Assembly: GCA_947448865.1 (NCBI GenBank)
Contig: CANFOW010000001.1
Location: forward strand, 4,845-68,844
Source of the DNA: Actinomycetota bacterium
Lineage (GTDB): Bacteria > Actinomycetota > Actinomycetes > S36-B12 > UBA5976
DNA length: 64,000 bases
Direction: 5' to 3'
Positions 44,876 to 54,481 of the stretch are shown here, piece by piece. The notes beneath the pieces were generated by a model. It ran no database searches, had not been told where the DNA came from, and saw only the letters and a program-made list of their open reading frames with translations. A program made the position numbers and the translations under genes. The stretch's first letter is position 1, and each line of letters opens with the position of its first letter.

Positions 44876-44946
44876 GCGTTTGGACGACGGCCGTGATTTG
44901 CTTTGTTCTTCTTGCGATCACGCTTCTTGCGACCACGCTTGCTCAT
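44872..44946 (-). CDS. 24-aa highly basic peptide, probable ribosomal protein bL37
   Basis: Too short for the ORF track. My translation is MSKRGRKKRDRKKNKANHGRRPNA. AAGGAG SD lies 7 nt upstream. It resembles the actinobacteria-specific bL37 peptide as I recall it. Confidence 0.7.
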   Translation of the reverse strand: MSKRGRKKRDRKKNKANHGRRPNA

Positions 44947-44993
44947 GAGATGACTCCTTGTATTTCAAAACGTTTAGGTTCCAAGAATAGGGC

Positions 44994-45278
44994 CTAATCG
45001 ACCTGCCGAATGACACGGGTTATTTCGACCTGAATTTGCGTGATTTGTAGCGATATTTTAGCCCAGACCGCGTCTGGCGCGGGTTCCTCACAACAGGCCC
45101 GAGCCACGAGCGACTTCACAACCTGTATGGCATCGGCTTCCTGGGCACAAGGCGGGCATTCTTCAAGATGGTGGCGAAGAACTGTTGCCTCCATGTCGCT
45201 GTGCTCTTGATCAAGGAAAGCGCTCAGTGAGTCTGCAATCTGTGAGCAAGGTACCTCGTGGTGCTGACCGCAACTCAT
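44994..45278 (-). CDS. rshA: Zinc-associated anti-sigma factor RshA/RsrA
   Basis: ZAS motif HLEECPPC plus an upstream Cys. ATGA overlap with sigH. Confidence 0.85.
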   Translation of the reverse strand: MSCGQHHEVPCSQIADSLSAFLDQEHSDMEATVLRHHLEECPPCAQEADAIQVVKSLVARACCEEPAPDAVWAKISLQITQIQVEITRVIRQVD

Positions 45279-45919
45279 GACTTCGGCCCTTTCACGAATC
45301 CATTTTCAATCGCGTAATCGGCGAGAAGTTCACGCAACATTTTGCGTCCGCGATTGAGTCGGGACATGACTGTTCCAATCGGACTATCCATAATTTCGGC
45401 AATTTCTTTGTAACTAAATCCATCAACGTCAGCCAAATACACGGCTTGGCTGAACTCAAGCGGAATTGACTTCAACGCGTTTGAAATCACATCGTTTGGC
45501 AAAAGGTCTAATGCTTCTGCTTCAGCAGATCGAAGACCACCCGACGTGTGGCGCTCTGCTCGAGCCATCTGCCAATCTTCGATTGTGTCAGTGGGATCAA
45601 TTGCTGGTCCGCGCTGATTCCTGCGGTACAGGTTGATGTACGTGTTAGTAAGAATGCGAAATAGCCACGCTTTAAGATTTGTGCCGTCTTCGTATTGATC
45701 AAAGGCTCGGTACGCCTTGATGTAGGTCTCTTGAACAAGGTCTTCGGCATCGGAAGGATTCTTTGTCATCCGAAGTGCGCCGGCATACAACTGATCAAGG
45801 TGCGGCATCGCATCACGCTCAAAGCGAGCGGTGCGTTCAGCTGCCGTTTCCTTCACAATTACTAAGGCTAACGGTCTGTCCAATACAGGCATACCGCTCA
45901 CAACCTTTGGCTGGCGCAA
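45275..45919 (-). CDS. sigH: ECF sigma factor SigH/SigR (thiol-oxidative and heat stress)
   Basis: [43 protein letters not shown] and [20 protein letters not shown]. The start is uncertain: TTG 45919 abuts the upstream stop, and ATG 45892 is an alternative. Confidence 0.85.
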   Translation of the reverse strand: MRQPKVVSGMPVLDRPLALVIVKETAAERTARFERDAMPHLDQLYAGALRMTKNPSDAEDLVQETYIKAYRAFDQYEDGTNLKAWLFRILTNTYINLYRRNQRGPAIDPTDTIEDWQMARAERHTSGGLRSAEAEALDLLPNDVISNALKSIPLEFSQAVYLADVDGFSYKEIAEIMDSPIGTVMSRLNRGRKMLRELLADYAIENGFVKGPKS

Positions 45920-45920
45920 A

Positions 45921-46592
45921 TTATTCCCGAGGAACTATTAAGTCCGAGCTGTTGTTGCGCACATTTCCGACTTCTTTACCAACCGGCCAGCAAGTGATGT
46001 TGTATGCGGTGTCACTTGCTTCCAGCACAGCATCGAGCGGAGCAGAGCCATCGTTAAGCCACACGGACCTTAAACGTTTGTTTACTAGCAACGGCATTCG
46101 CTCGTGCACGTAAGCGATGTGACTCTGTGCCGCTGTGGTGATGATGCTTGTTGACCACACGACCACACCATCAGGCGCCGTCCAACGTTCGTAAATTCCA
46201 GCCATCCCAATGAGCTCGCCCTGGCTATCCGAAAAGTAATAAGGAACTTTTACTTTGTCGATGTTTTGCCACTCGTACCAACCATCTGCAGGAATAATGC
46301 AACGCCGTTTCTCAATTGCACTGCGAAACGACGGTTTCTCAGTAATAGTTTCTACTCGGGCATTAATCATGTGGCTTCCAATAGCTGGGTCTTTTGCCCA
46401 ACTTGGTATCAGTCCCCACGACATTGCGCCCATTGTGACAACTCCTTCACGAGCCACAATCACGGGCACTGCGTGGGTCGGCGCAGTGTTGTAGTTAGGT
46501 CGCAGGTCCTCGAGTTCAGGAAGGATTGTGGTCACATCAAATTGCGCCGCAATCATTCGAGGGTCAGTCTTTAGGGTGTAACGTCCGCACAT
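45921..46592 (-). CDS. SOS-response-associated peptidase (SRAP/YedK), abasic-site DNA-protein crosslinking enzyme
   Basis: Invariant N-terminal MCGRY with catalytic Cys2, plus NARxET and PADGWYEW motifs. Confidence 0.85.
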   Translation of the reverse strand: MCGRYTLKTDPRMIAAQFDVTTILPELEDLRPNYNTAPTHAVPVIVAREGVVTMGAMSWGLIPSWAKDPAIGSHMINARVETITEKPSFRSAIEKRRCIIPADGWYEWQNIDKVKVPYYFSDSQGELIGMAGIYERWTAPDGVVVWSTSIITTAAQSHIAYVHERMPLLVNKRLRSVWLNDGSAPLDAVLEASDTAYNITCWPVGKEVGNVRNNSSDLIVPRE

Positions 46593-46627
46593 AAAACCTC
46601 AGTCTGCCAGCCGTTAGGCTTGAGACC

Positions 46628-47908
46628 GTGAATGACTTATGGCATGCCCCAACGCGCACGCAGGCGCTTGATGCACAGGTGCGCATTCCAGGGTCCAAGT
46701 CACTCACGAATCGCTGGTTAGTGCTGGCTGCCTTATCTAGCGGCCCGAGCCACATCCACCAACCGCTGAAGGCTCGCGACACATTGCTGATGGCTTCCGC
46801 GCTCTCAAGCCTTGGCGCCGCAGTCGAAGACACTGAAACTGGGTGGCTTGTGACGCCTGGGCCACTTGTTGGTCCAGGCGAGGTGGACTGCGGACTCGCA
46901 GGAACTGTCATGCGATTCGTGCCGCCAGTAGCTGCCTTAGCCGCCGGAGACATTCGTTTTGATGGTGACCCTCGGGCCCGCGTGCGACCAATGCAAAAGA
47001 TTATTTCCTCGCTACGCGATCTTGATGTTTCTGTTGATGATGATGGTCGAGGCACACTTCCGTTTACGGTTCACGGCACAGGACATGTTGAAGGTCGAGA
47101 CATTGAGCTTGACGCGTCGGCATCATCGCAATTTGTGTCTGCACTTTTGCTCGCAGGTTCGCGCTACGACGGCGGGCTTACGATTCGCCACAGTGGCGGG
47201 ATGCTGCCGTCACTTCCCCACATCGACATGTCAATCGAAACCTTGGCGCACGTCGGCATTCGGGTTGATGCTCACGTGACTGACGCATACAACGCGACGT
47301 GGGTGGTTCATCCTGGAATTGCAGAACCATTTAGTGTCACAGTTGAACCAGACTTATCAAACGCAGCCGCATTTTTGGCTGCGGCACTTGTCTGCGGTGG
47401 AAGCGTCACGATTCCAGATTGGCCAGAACAGACAACCCAAGCAGGCGATCACTTGAGATGGATTTTGCGTGACATGGGGGCTCACATCACTCAAAGTTCA
47501 CAGTCATTAACAATTACTGGAACCGGTGCCATTCATGGAATTGATGTCGATTTGCATGACGTCGGTGAACTCACGCCAGTCGTCACTGCACTGGCAGCGC
47601 TTGCTGATTCGCCAAGCCAATTGCGCGGCATTGCACACCTTCGAGGTCATGAAACAGATCGCCTTGCGGCGCTTGCAACCGAGATCAACAACCTTGGTGG
47701 TCGAGTAACAGAAACCGAAGACGGACTCATTATCGAACCACAACCAATGCATGGTGGAACGTTTTCTACGTACGACGATCATCGGATGGCTATGGCTGCT
47801 GTAGTCATTGGTCTGGCAGTACCTGATGTACTTGTTGAAAATATCGCCACGACTGCAAAGACACTTCCAGAGTTTGCAGACATGTGGCTCACGTTGGTGA
47901 GCCAGTGA
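46628..47908 (+). CDS. aroA: 3-phosphoshikimate 1-carboxyvinyltransferase (EPSP synthase)
   Basis: IPGSKSLTNRWLVLAAL, and LRGHETDRLAAL plus DDHRMAMA near the C-terminus. GTG start. Confidence 0.9.
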   Translation: MNDLWHAPTRTQALDAQVRIPGSKSLTNRWLVLAALSSGPSHIHQPLKARDTLLMASALSSLGAAVEDTETGWLVTPGPLVGPGEVDCGLAGTVMRFVPPVAALAAGDIRFDGDPRARVRPMQKIISSLRDLDVSVDDDGRGTLPFTVHGTGHVEGRDIELDASASSQFVSALLLAGSRYDGGLTIRHSGGMLPSLPHIDMSIETLAHVGIRVDAHVTDAYNATWVVHPGIAEPFSVTVEPDLSNAAAFLAAALVCGGSVTIPDWPEQTTQAGDHLRWILRDMGAHITQSSQSLTITGTGAIHGIDVDLHDVGELTPVVTALAALADSPSQLRGIAHLRGHETDRLAALATEINNLGGRVTETEDGLIIEPQPMHGGTFSTYDDHRMAMAAVVIGLAVPDVLVENIATTAKTLPEFADMWLTLVSQ

Positions 47909-48936
47909 ATCGTTACGACGAAGATTCCATCGGAGTGCGCCCCAATCGGGCAAACTCTCGACGTCGTAGCAAAGACCGGCCCGATTTTTCGCAGGCGGAT
48001 ATAGGACAAGTAGTCACAGTAGATCGCGGTCGCATTACCTGCGTGTATCCACTCGGGGTTCCGCATGAACAACAAACAACAGTGATTGCTGTCAAAGCTC
48101 GCGAGCTCGGACGCAAAGGTGCGGTCGTGGGTGATCGCGTGCGACTTGTGGGTGACTTGAGTGGAACGGTTGACACACTCGCTCGCTTGGTAGAAATACT
48201 TGACCGCGACACTGTGCTGATGCGCACCGCAGACGATAGCGATCCTGTTGAACGAGTCATAGTTGCAAATGCGGATCAAATGGCAATCGTGGTGGCTGCG
48301 GCTAACCCAGAGCCACGCATAGGTCTCATTGATCGCGCACTGGTGGCTGCCTTCGAAGCAGGATTAGAAGCATTACTCATCATTACTAAAGTTGATGTTG
48401 CAAGCGCGACCCCAATTATCGATAACTACTCGACAATGGATCTGAATTTCATTGAAGTCAATCAAAAAACTGGCGCCGGAATCGATGCAGTGCGTGATGC
48501 GTTACATGACCGAATCACCGTTTTTATTGGCCATTCCGGTGTTGGCAAGTCCACGCTCGTTAATTCGCTCGTTCCAGACGCACACCGCACAACTGGTGAC
48601 GTTAACGATGTCACAGGTCGCGGCAAACACACATCAACCTCAGCAATTGCTTTGCCTCTGCCACAAGACACCGGCTGGGTAATCGATACTCCGGGTATTC
48701 GCTCGTTTGGTCTTGCGCATGTCAATCCGAGCGACATCATTGAATCTTTTCCTGAACTTGTTGATGGCGCTAATGATTGTCCTCGAGCATGCACGCATGT
48801 TAACGATGTAGGCGGCTCACCGCCGGACTGTGCCTTAGATGCGTGGGCCACTTCGGGTCACGCTGGCGACTCTGGGCTTGCACGTCTGGAATCGTTACGT
48901 CGACTACTTGTTGCATTACACACGCCGTCGAGTTAG
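47905..48936 (+). CDS. rsgA: Ribosome small-subunit-dependent GTPase A
   Basis: Circularly permuted GTPase (ITKVD before GHSGVGKSTLVN) and a C-terminal Zn cluster C..C.H......C. I prefer GTG at 47905 (GTGA overlap with aroA). ATG 47884 is an alternative. Confidence 0.85.
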   Translation: MNRYDEDSIGVRPNRANSRRRSKDRPDFSQADIGQVVTVDRGRITCVYPLGVPHEQQTTVIAVKARELGRKGAVVGDRVRLVGDLSGTVDTLARLVEILDRDTVLMRTADDSDPVERVIVANADQMAIVVAAANPEPRIGLIDRALVAAFEAGLEALLIITKVDVASATPIIDNYSTMDLNFIEVNQKTGAGIDAVRDALHDRITVFIGHSGVGKSTLVNSLVPDAHRTTGDVNDVTGRGKHTSTSAIALPLPQDTGWVIDTPGIRSFGLAHVNPSDIIESFPELVDGANDCPRACTHVNDVGGSPPDCALDAWATSGHAGDSGLARLESLRRLLVALHTPSS

Positions 48937-48980
48937 CACACCATGCTCGGACGAAGTGCCGAGGCACTACGGTTATTGAT

Positions 48981-49760
48981 ATGAACATCGACTTGGAATT
49001 TGCATTGCGTATGGCAGCTGAAGCCGACATTATGACGATGTCCCGGTATCGCGCATTGGATCTGGCGATTGAAACTAAACCAGACCGCACACCAGTAACT
49101 GAAGCAGACAAAAACACCGAACAACTGTTACGCGGCATGATCGCGCAAGAACGACCAGAAGATGGGATTGTCGGCGAAGAATATCAGGCAGTCAATCCGT
49201 CATCCTCGCGACAATGGGTACTCGACCCAATTGACGGTACTCGTAACTATCTTCGCGGTGTTCCCGTCTGGGCAACCTTAATTGCATTGCTGGTTGATGG
49301 CGAGCCACAAGTCGGTGTGGTTTCGGCCCCAGCGTTACGACGTAAGTGGTGGGCAGCAATCGGTGAAGGCGCCTTCACACAAGACGTAGACGATTCAGTG
49401 CGATCAATTCAGGTGTCGAAAATTAGCAACATCGCCGATGCATCATTTTCATTTTCAGATCCCATTGGCTGGGAAGCTTTTGGCAAGGGTGGCGGACTTG
49501 CAGCGATTCAATCACGCGTAGACCGAATCCGCGCATATGGAGATTTTTGGTCACATATGATGGTTGCCGAAGGTGTTGTGGACATTGCAGCAGAACCTGA
49601 ACTGAGTCCTTGGGATCAAGCGGCGCTCGTACCAGTGGTTCGCGAAGCGGGTGGCACTGTCACCGGACTTGATGGCAAACCACTTTTTGATTCAGGAAGC
49701 TCACTCACAACAAATGGTCGTCTTCATGACGCAGTTCTAGATCTGATTGCTACGAATTAA
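48981..49760 (+). CDS. hisN: Inositol-monophosphatase-family enzyme, likely histidinol-phosphatase HisN
   Basis: KPDRTPVTEADK, GEE and WVLDPIDGTRNY motifs. I prefer the ATG at 48981 over the track's 48843, whose extension overlaps rsgA. Confidence 0.75.
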   Translation: MNIDLEFALRMAAEADIMTMSRYRALDLAIETKPDRTPVTEADKNTEQLLRGMIAQERPEDGIVGEEYQAVNPSSSRQWVLDPIDGTRNYLRGVPVWATLIALLVDGEPQVGVVSAPALRRKWWAAIGEGAFTQDVDDSVRSIQVSKISNIADASFSFSDPIGWEAFGKGGGLAAIQSRVDRIRAYGDFWSHMMVAEGVVDIAAEPELSPWDQAALVPVVREAGGTVTGLDGKPLFDSGSSLTTNGRLHDAVLDLIATN

Positions 49761-51094
49761 CGTCGACTTACCCGCAGTGGAAGTCCATGAGCTGGTCGAA
49801 GCGTGACTGATGCATCGATTGATACCTCACCTGACACAACGGGCTCAAACTTCCAGCGCGAACTGAGATCCGCAAGAATCATCGATGCCTCTAGTCGTGC
49901 CATGTCGCGGCCGATGCACTGGCGAGGTCCGGCGCCAAACGGTAAGTAACCCATTTGTGGCACACCACCAGCAAAACGATCGGGAATAAATTGCTCCGCG
50001 TCATTCCACACGCTCGCATGTCGGTGAACTAACCACGGGCTGACAATCACCATGGACTCAGCAGGGATAACAAAACCGTCAATCTCAATGTCCTCAAGCA
50101 CACGCCGCGTGATGACCCACGCTGGTGGGTACAAACGCAATGCTTCATCGAACACCATGTTCGCGCGCTGCGTATCTGCAGCTAACAACTCCTGCTCTGA
50201 TGAATCACGGCTTAAGAGATGCCATGCCCATGTCAGTCCGCTAGCCACGGTTTCATGTCCGGCAACTATGAATGTTGCGACCTCATCGCGCACTTGTTGT
50301 GGAGTCAGTGGCACGTCAACATCTGGATCAAGCAACACGTCTAGCATGTCGCGAATGGGACTATTGGGATCATGTGGTTGTGCTTGTCGCGCATTCACTA
50401 TCGCGGAAATAGAACGATCAAGCTGTCTAATTGCGCGACGCATACCAAGGTTGTTTCGTGTGGGAATCGACATCGGCATGGGAAGTGGATTTCGGGCACG
50501 TTGTATCACGCCATGTAATGCAGCCAGTGTGGCTTCCGTAATGACTGCCGCATCGTCGGCGAGGTCCACACCAAATAATGTTGCCCCCGTGATTTCTAAG
50601 GCGAGTTCCATCATTGCTTGATCAACATCAATAAGCGCTGGACCGTCTTGGGTTAAATTCGCCCAGTGTGCGTTTAATCGCTCCAACGCATTGACAACAT
50701 GCCCTCGCGTTAGCGCCACCATCTCATGATGGAAAGCGGGCTGAAGCATCCGTCGGCGAGGTCGCCAGGCATGAGTGTCAGATGTGAGTAAACCCGTGCC
50801 TGTCACTAAGGACAACGTTGTGTATTGAACAGTTCGCTTGCCCATCGCTTTGTTGTGATTTACTAAAATTTCTCGAGCACCCGCAGGTGACGACACGAGA
50901 TACGTAGCTGGTCGGGGTATCGGGAATTGAACTACGTCGCCGCTGTCATGCCACACCTGATGTAAATAACTCAGCGGGTCATGTTGAATGCGGCGAATTC
51001 CCCGCAACATTTGTCCACCATCTGGTCCAGGTGCGGTGACCGGAGTGTTCCAGCCATAGCGTTTTGGAAAATCTTCAGGTGCTTCCCACGGCAT
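49757..51094 (-). CDS. Cytochrome P450 monooxygenase
   Basis: Heme-thiolate loop FGAGPRQCIG, ExxR (EALRLYP) and I-helix AGHETV. I prefer the ATG at 51094, 2 nt after the upstream stop. Confidence 0.9.
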   Translation of the reverse strand: MPWEAPEDFPKRYGWNTPVTAPGPDGGQMLRGIRRIQHDPLSYLHQVWHDSGDVVQFPIPRPATYLVSSPAGAREILVNHNKAMGKRTVQYTTLSLVTGTGLLTSDTHAWRPRRRMLQPAFHHEMVALTRGHVVNALERLNAHWANLTQDGPALIDVDQAMMELALEITGATLFGVDLADDAAVITEATLAALHGVIQRARNPLPMPMSIPTRNNLGMRRAIRQLDRSISAIVNARQAQPHDPNSPIRDMLDVLLDPDVDVPLTPQQVRDEVATFIVAGHETVASGLTWAWHLLSRDSSEQELLAADTQRANMVFDEALRLYPPAWVITRRVLEDIEIDGFVIPAESMVIVSPWLVHRHASVWNDAEQFIPDRFAGGVPQMGYLPFGAGPRQCIGRDMARLEASMILADLSSRWKFEPVVSGEVSIDASVTLRPAHGLPLRVSRR

Positions 51095-51096
51095 GC

Positions 51097-52032
51097 TTAA
51101 CCCAAGTCTCGAATTGAATCCATCATCATGTTCCAAAATCGGTCGACATTCAGATCCATGGCCACATGCACATTCGCTTCGCGTCCCGTCACACTATGAA
51201 CATCAACTACTGTGGCTCCGCGAGTCAATGTGCCATTCAACTCAATTGATACTGGCAAGAATTCAGTGGACACAATGCTTGGGTCAATAACGCATGCAAC
51301 TGCAACAGGATCATGCAATGGCGGATCTGGCATCCCAAATACATCGCGATATGTGTGAGCAAAAAATTTCAACAGGTCCACACAGGTTGTCGCAAGGTGA
51401 GTTCCGAGTGCATCAATGCGATCAAGTACTTCCGGCGTTGCTAAGGCCATGTGTGACACGTTCAAACCCGTCATCACAATCGGAAGTCCCGAAGTCAGAA
51501 CAACGTCAGCAGCTTCTGGATCAGCCCAAATGTTAAATTCCGCGTACGGCGTCCAGTTTCCGCGCGTCACACTGCCGCCCATAAATGAAATTTTTTCAAT
51601 TCTCGAATGAAGTTCAGGGTGCGCCAGCAAGAACGAAGCGATGTTGGTCATTGGACCCGTCGGAATTAAAGTCACAGGGCGGTCGCATTCCCGAACGAGT
51701 TCGGCAATTAACTCAACAGCAGAAAGCGGGCTCACGTCGTATGCAGGTTCTGGTAACTCTGCCCCATCAAGCGCACTTGCGCCGTGAATCGTTGGAGCCG
51801 CACTCGCTTTTCCTACGAGTGGGTCATTTGCGCCGCGGGCAATAGGTGGAGCAATACCAGCCAATGTGCAAATCCGCTGCGCGTTGTAGGTGACTTTGTC
51901 TAGCGAACCATTCCCAGACACCGTCGTGATGCCGAGCAGTTCAACAGCGGGATTTGCCGCCGCCAACAAGATGGCCATAGCGTCATCATGACCTGGATCG
52001 CAATCAAGAATTACCGGAATAGGTTGGTTCAC
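51097..52032 (-). CDS. Inosine/uridine-preferring nucleoside hydrolase family protein
   Basis: N-terminal Ca-binding fingerprint VILDCDPGHDDAMAI. The GTG start overlaps the kinase stop (GTGA). Confidence 0.85.
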   Translation of the reverse strand: MNQPIPVILDCDPGHDDAMAILLAAANPAVELLGITTVSGNGSLDKVTYNAQRICTLAGIAPPIARGANDPLVGKASAAPTIHGASALDGAELPEPAYDVSPLSAVELIAELVRECDRPVTLIPTGPMTNIASFLLAHPELHSRIEKISFMGGSVTRGNWTPYAEFNIWADPEAADVVLTSGLPIVMTGLNVSHMALATPEVLDRIDALGTHLATTCVDLLKFFAHTYRDVFGMPDPPLHDPVAVACVIDPSIVSTEFLPVSIELNGTLTRGATVVDVHSVTGREANVHVAMDLNVDRFWNMMMDSIRDLG

Positions 52033-53807
52033 GCTTCTATTGTGCTAGATACGGGTTCCAGAGCCACGCTCGCCATCAAACACATGCCGCCAGCCTTGGG
52101 AGACAGCGACCAATCGATAGTAATTTCATCAAGCATGCGAGAGCCAAGTCCTCGGGTCTGAGAATCCCCTACTCCACCGTCATTGCACACTTCGATGTGT
52201 AAAACGCCTGGACTCGCCAAAGTCAGAAAAATCTCAATATTTTGTGAATTCCCATGGCGAATACTGTTACTCACAGCCTCTTTGAAAATTTCTGCGACCG
52301 CATGAGACGTTGCTTCCTGCGCATCAATGACATCTAGTAGGTCAACGCCCTCTACTAATGAAATGTTGCATACGCCATCCCACAGTTGTGTGATTTCATC
52401 AAGCGCGATGCGAGCACTTGAATGGATATTTCCGATGTCAACAAGGCTTCGAGCTAATCCAGCTATCTCTTCGCGAATCTGGTTGATTTCCAATTGCGTT
52501 AGATGAGTCGTTCGAACTAATCTCAAGCTCGCAGCTGTGAGTCCAGCTTGAACTCGTCCATGCAAGTGCAATGCCGCAGACCTTTGAATGTGCCACACAT
52601 TTTTAGCACTCCGGCTAATTTCAAGCGACGATAACTGATTTGCAACTGCAAATTCTGATTCGTATTGCAGCGCTTGCTGGTCATAGGCAAGCGTGACAGC
52701 CATGAGAAAAGCCACAATCGTCATCCCAGGATATCCAGACAATGTCACAGCGCCAATCTTGTATACATCAACGAACAATGCGGCCACATGAACGACAGAA
52801 ACCAAGGCAACCACTTGAAGGGCTACGACTTCAACAATTCCAAGCGCCAGAGGTATCAAGCGGCTCGATATAACGTATCGCTTAAAAAAAGTAATAAGAA
52901 AGAAGAGCGTAGCTCCGAATATGCCGGCATACGCCAATGCGTAAACACCTACTCGTGCGAACATAGACGGAACACCCACAAGAAACATCAATGCTGTAGT
53001 CGCCGCAGGATTGACTAACAGTTTGGCGTTTATGCGCGAGGTAAGAAGGCGACTTCTGGGTTGTTCGGACTGCCACTCATCAACAGAAGTTGGGATTAAC
53101 GGCTTGTCATACAAGATTTGGGTTAACGGTCTCAAAATCTTGTCAACTAGTTGCGAAATTCGCTCGCCTAAAGTCTGAAGTTCGTCAACATCATCAATGC
53201 CTAGATGTTCAAAACGTATGGTGATGTCACGAAGCGCGGGTTCAATGTCGGCAGCAATCAATCGATGTACTTCATCGTGCTTACGAAGTATATCTGCTTG
53301 ACCATTGTGATGAAGTGCAACGAGTCGACCTCGTTCTCGAGCCAACTCGAATCGAGCATGCTCACGTTCTCGCGACACTGACACGAACACCGCAGCAAAT
53401 GAAAGGACTCCAAGTGCCGAGATACCACCACCAATAATTCGGTATGCCCACTCAAAGGAATCATTAAATCCGAGTTTAAGTTCAACAATCCCGACGAAAA
53501 TTCCCCTGAAGACTCCACAGATCATGAATGCGAAAAGAGTCATCATGGGACGTGACTCGCGCTCAGAGGTGGGCAGCACAGTCATCACAAATAACACTGC
53601 CACCGAGACCGCCACCGCGTGACTGGCAAGTCCGACAAGAATCCAGGTCGTCAAGGGCCCGCCAAAGCGACTTCGATCAAATCCGGCAGTGGAAAAAAGT
53701 GAAAATGGAATCGTTGTGACAGCAAGAATCCAACTCATCGAGTGTTGGCTTCCTACCCGATTGAGAATTGAATGTACAGAGTAGCGGTTTGTTGACTCTT
53801 TACTCAT
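52029..53807 (-). CDS. Atypical polytopic membrane sensor histidine kinase
   Basis: Two clusters of TM helices are separated by a charged, coiled-coil-like segment. C-terminal H-box-like AALHLHGRVQAGL and HATPase blocks EAVSNSIRHG and GLGSRMLDE. ATG at 53807 overlaps the regulator stop by 8 nt. Confidence 0.7.
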   Translation of the reverse strand: MSKESTNRYSVHSILNRVGSQHSMSWILAVTTIPFSLFSTAGFDRSRFGGPLTTWILVGLASHAVAVSVAVLFVMTVLPTSERESRPMMTLFAFMICGVFRGIFVGIVELKLGFNDSFEWAYRIIGGGISALGVLSFAAVFVSVSREREHARFELARERGRLVALHHNGQADILRKHDEVHRLIAADIEPALRDITIRFEHLGIDDVDELQTLGERISQLVDKILRPLTQILYDKPLIPTSVDEWQSEQPRSRLLTSRINAKLLVNPAATTALMFLVGVPSMFARVGVYALAYAGIFGATLFFLITFFKRYVISSRLIPLALGIVEVVALQVVALVSVVHVAALFVDVYKIGAVTLSGYPGMTIVAFLMAVTLAYDQQALQYESEFAVANQLSSLEISRSAKNVWHIQRSAALHLHGRVQAGLTAASLRLVRTTHLTQLEINQIREEIAGLARSLVDIGNIHSSARIALDEITQLWDGVCNISLVEGVDLLDVIDAQEATSHAVAEIFKEAVSNSIRHGNSQNIEIFLTLASPGVLHIEVCNDGGVGDSQTRGLGSRMLDEITIDWSLSPKAGGMCLMASVALEPVSSTIEA

Positions 53808-54450
53808 GGTCGAAAGGGATACCAGCGGATTGCACGTAAGCGCGCGCAGCTTTAGTTCGAGAATTAATGGATTGGTCGCTTTCAATACCTGCTGCCTCAA
53901 ACGTTCGACCGATTAAATGCTCAACTGCGCGAATAGATGTGCCACGACGTTGCGCAATTTCAGAATTGGAAAACCCAAGCGCAATCGCGCGTAGTACACC
54001 AATCTGGGAGCGGGATAAACCAGCAAGTGGGCGTTGCGGCTCGAGGTCATCTCGCGTGACTCGTTTCATTTGCTCAGTGAATGCAGTATCAACAACTTTC
54101 AGCAAGGCGCCACGTTGAGCAATCGTGTCTTTGCGGACATAACTCACACCCTTAGGGATCGAACGTGACTCTTGACCAATAAATCGTGGGTCCGGCAAAT
54201 GCGTTAATAACACAACAGCAACGTAGGGAAATTGACTTCGTAGATACTCTGCGAAGTCAATTCCAGTCGGCCCAGCACCAAGTTCGATGTCAACCAGGGC
54301 GACGTCTGGATCAAACTCAAGCGCCATGCGTTTGCCCTCTGCAGCAGTAGCGGCAACGGCTACTTCGTAGTTTTCGGAGGTCAACAAATCGGCAGTTAAG
54401 GACCGGAGTAATGCATCATCTTCCACAATGAGGACACGGCACGCTGTCAT
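53800..54450 (-). CDS. NarL/LuxR-family response regulator
   Basis: Receiver domain (VLIVEDD, DVALVDIEL) and C-terminal LuxR HTH LSRSQIGVLRAIALGFSNSEIAQRRGTSIRAVEHLI. Confidence 0.85.
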   Translation of the reverse strand: MTACRVLIVEDDALLRSLTADLLTSENYEVAVAATAAEGKRMALEFDPDVALVDIELGAGPTGIDFAEYLRSQFPYVAVVLLTHLPDPRFIGQESRSIPKGVSYVRKDTIAQRGALLKVVDTAFTEQMKRVTRDDLEPQRPLAGLSRSQIGVLRAIALGFSNSEIAQRRGTSIRAVEHLIGRTFEAAGIESDQSINSRTKAARAYVQSAGIPFDHE

Positions 54451-54481
54451 GCCACTAACTTATCGGCTATCGGAAAATCGG

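Noticed and set aside
45920-46100. A SigH/SigR-type autoregulatory promoter (GGAAT-N18-GTT) upstream of sigH, inside the 3' end of the SRAP gene.
   Set aside because: I found GGAA and GTT elements, but none at the required 16-19 nt spacing, so no promoter is reported.
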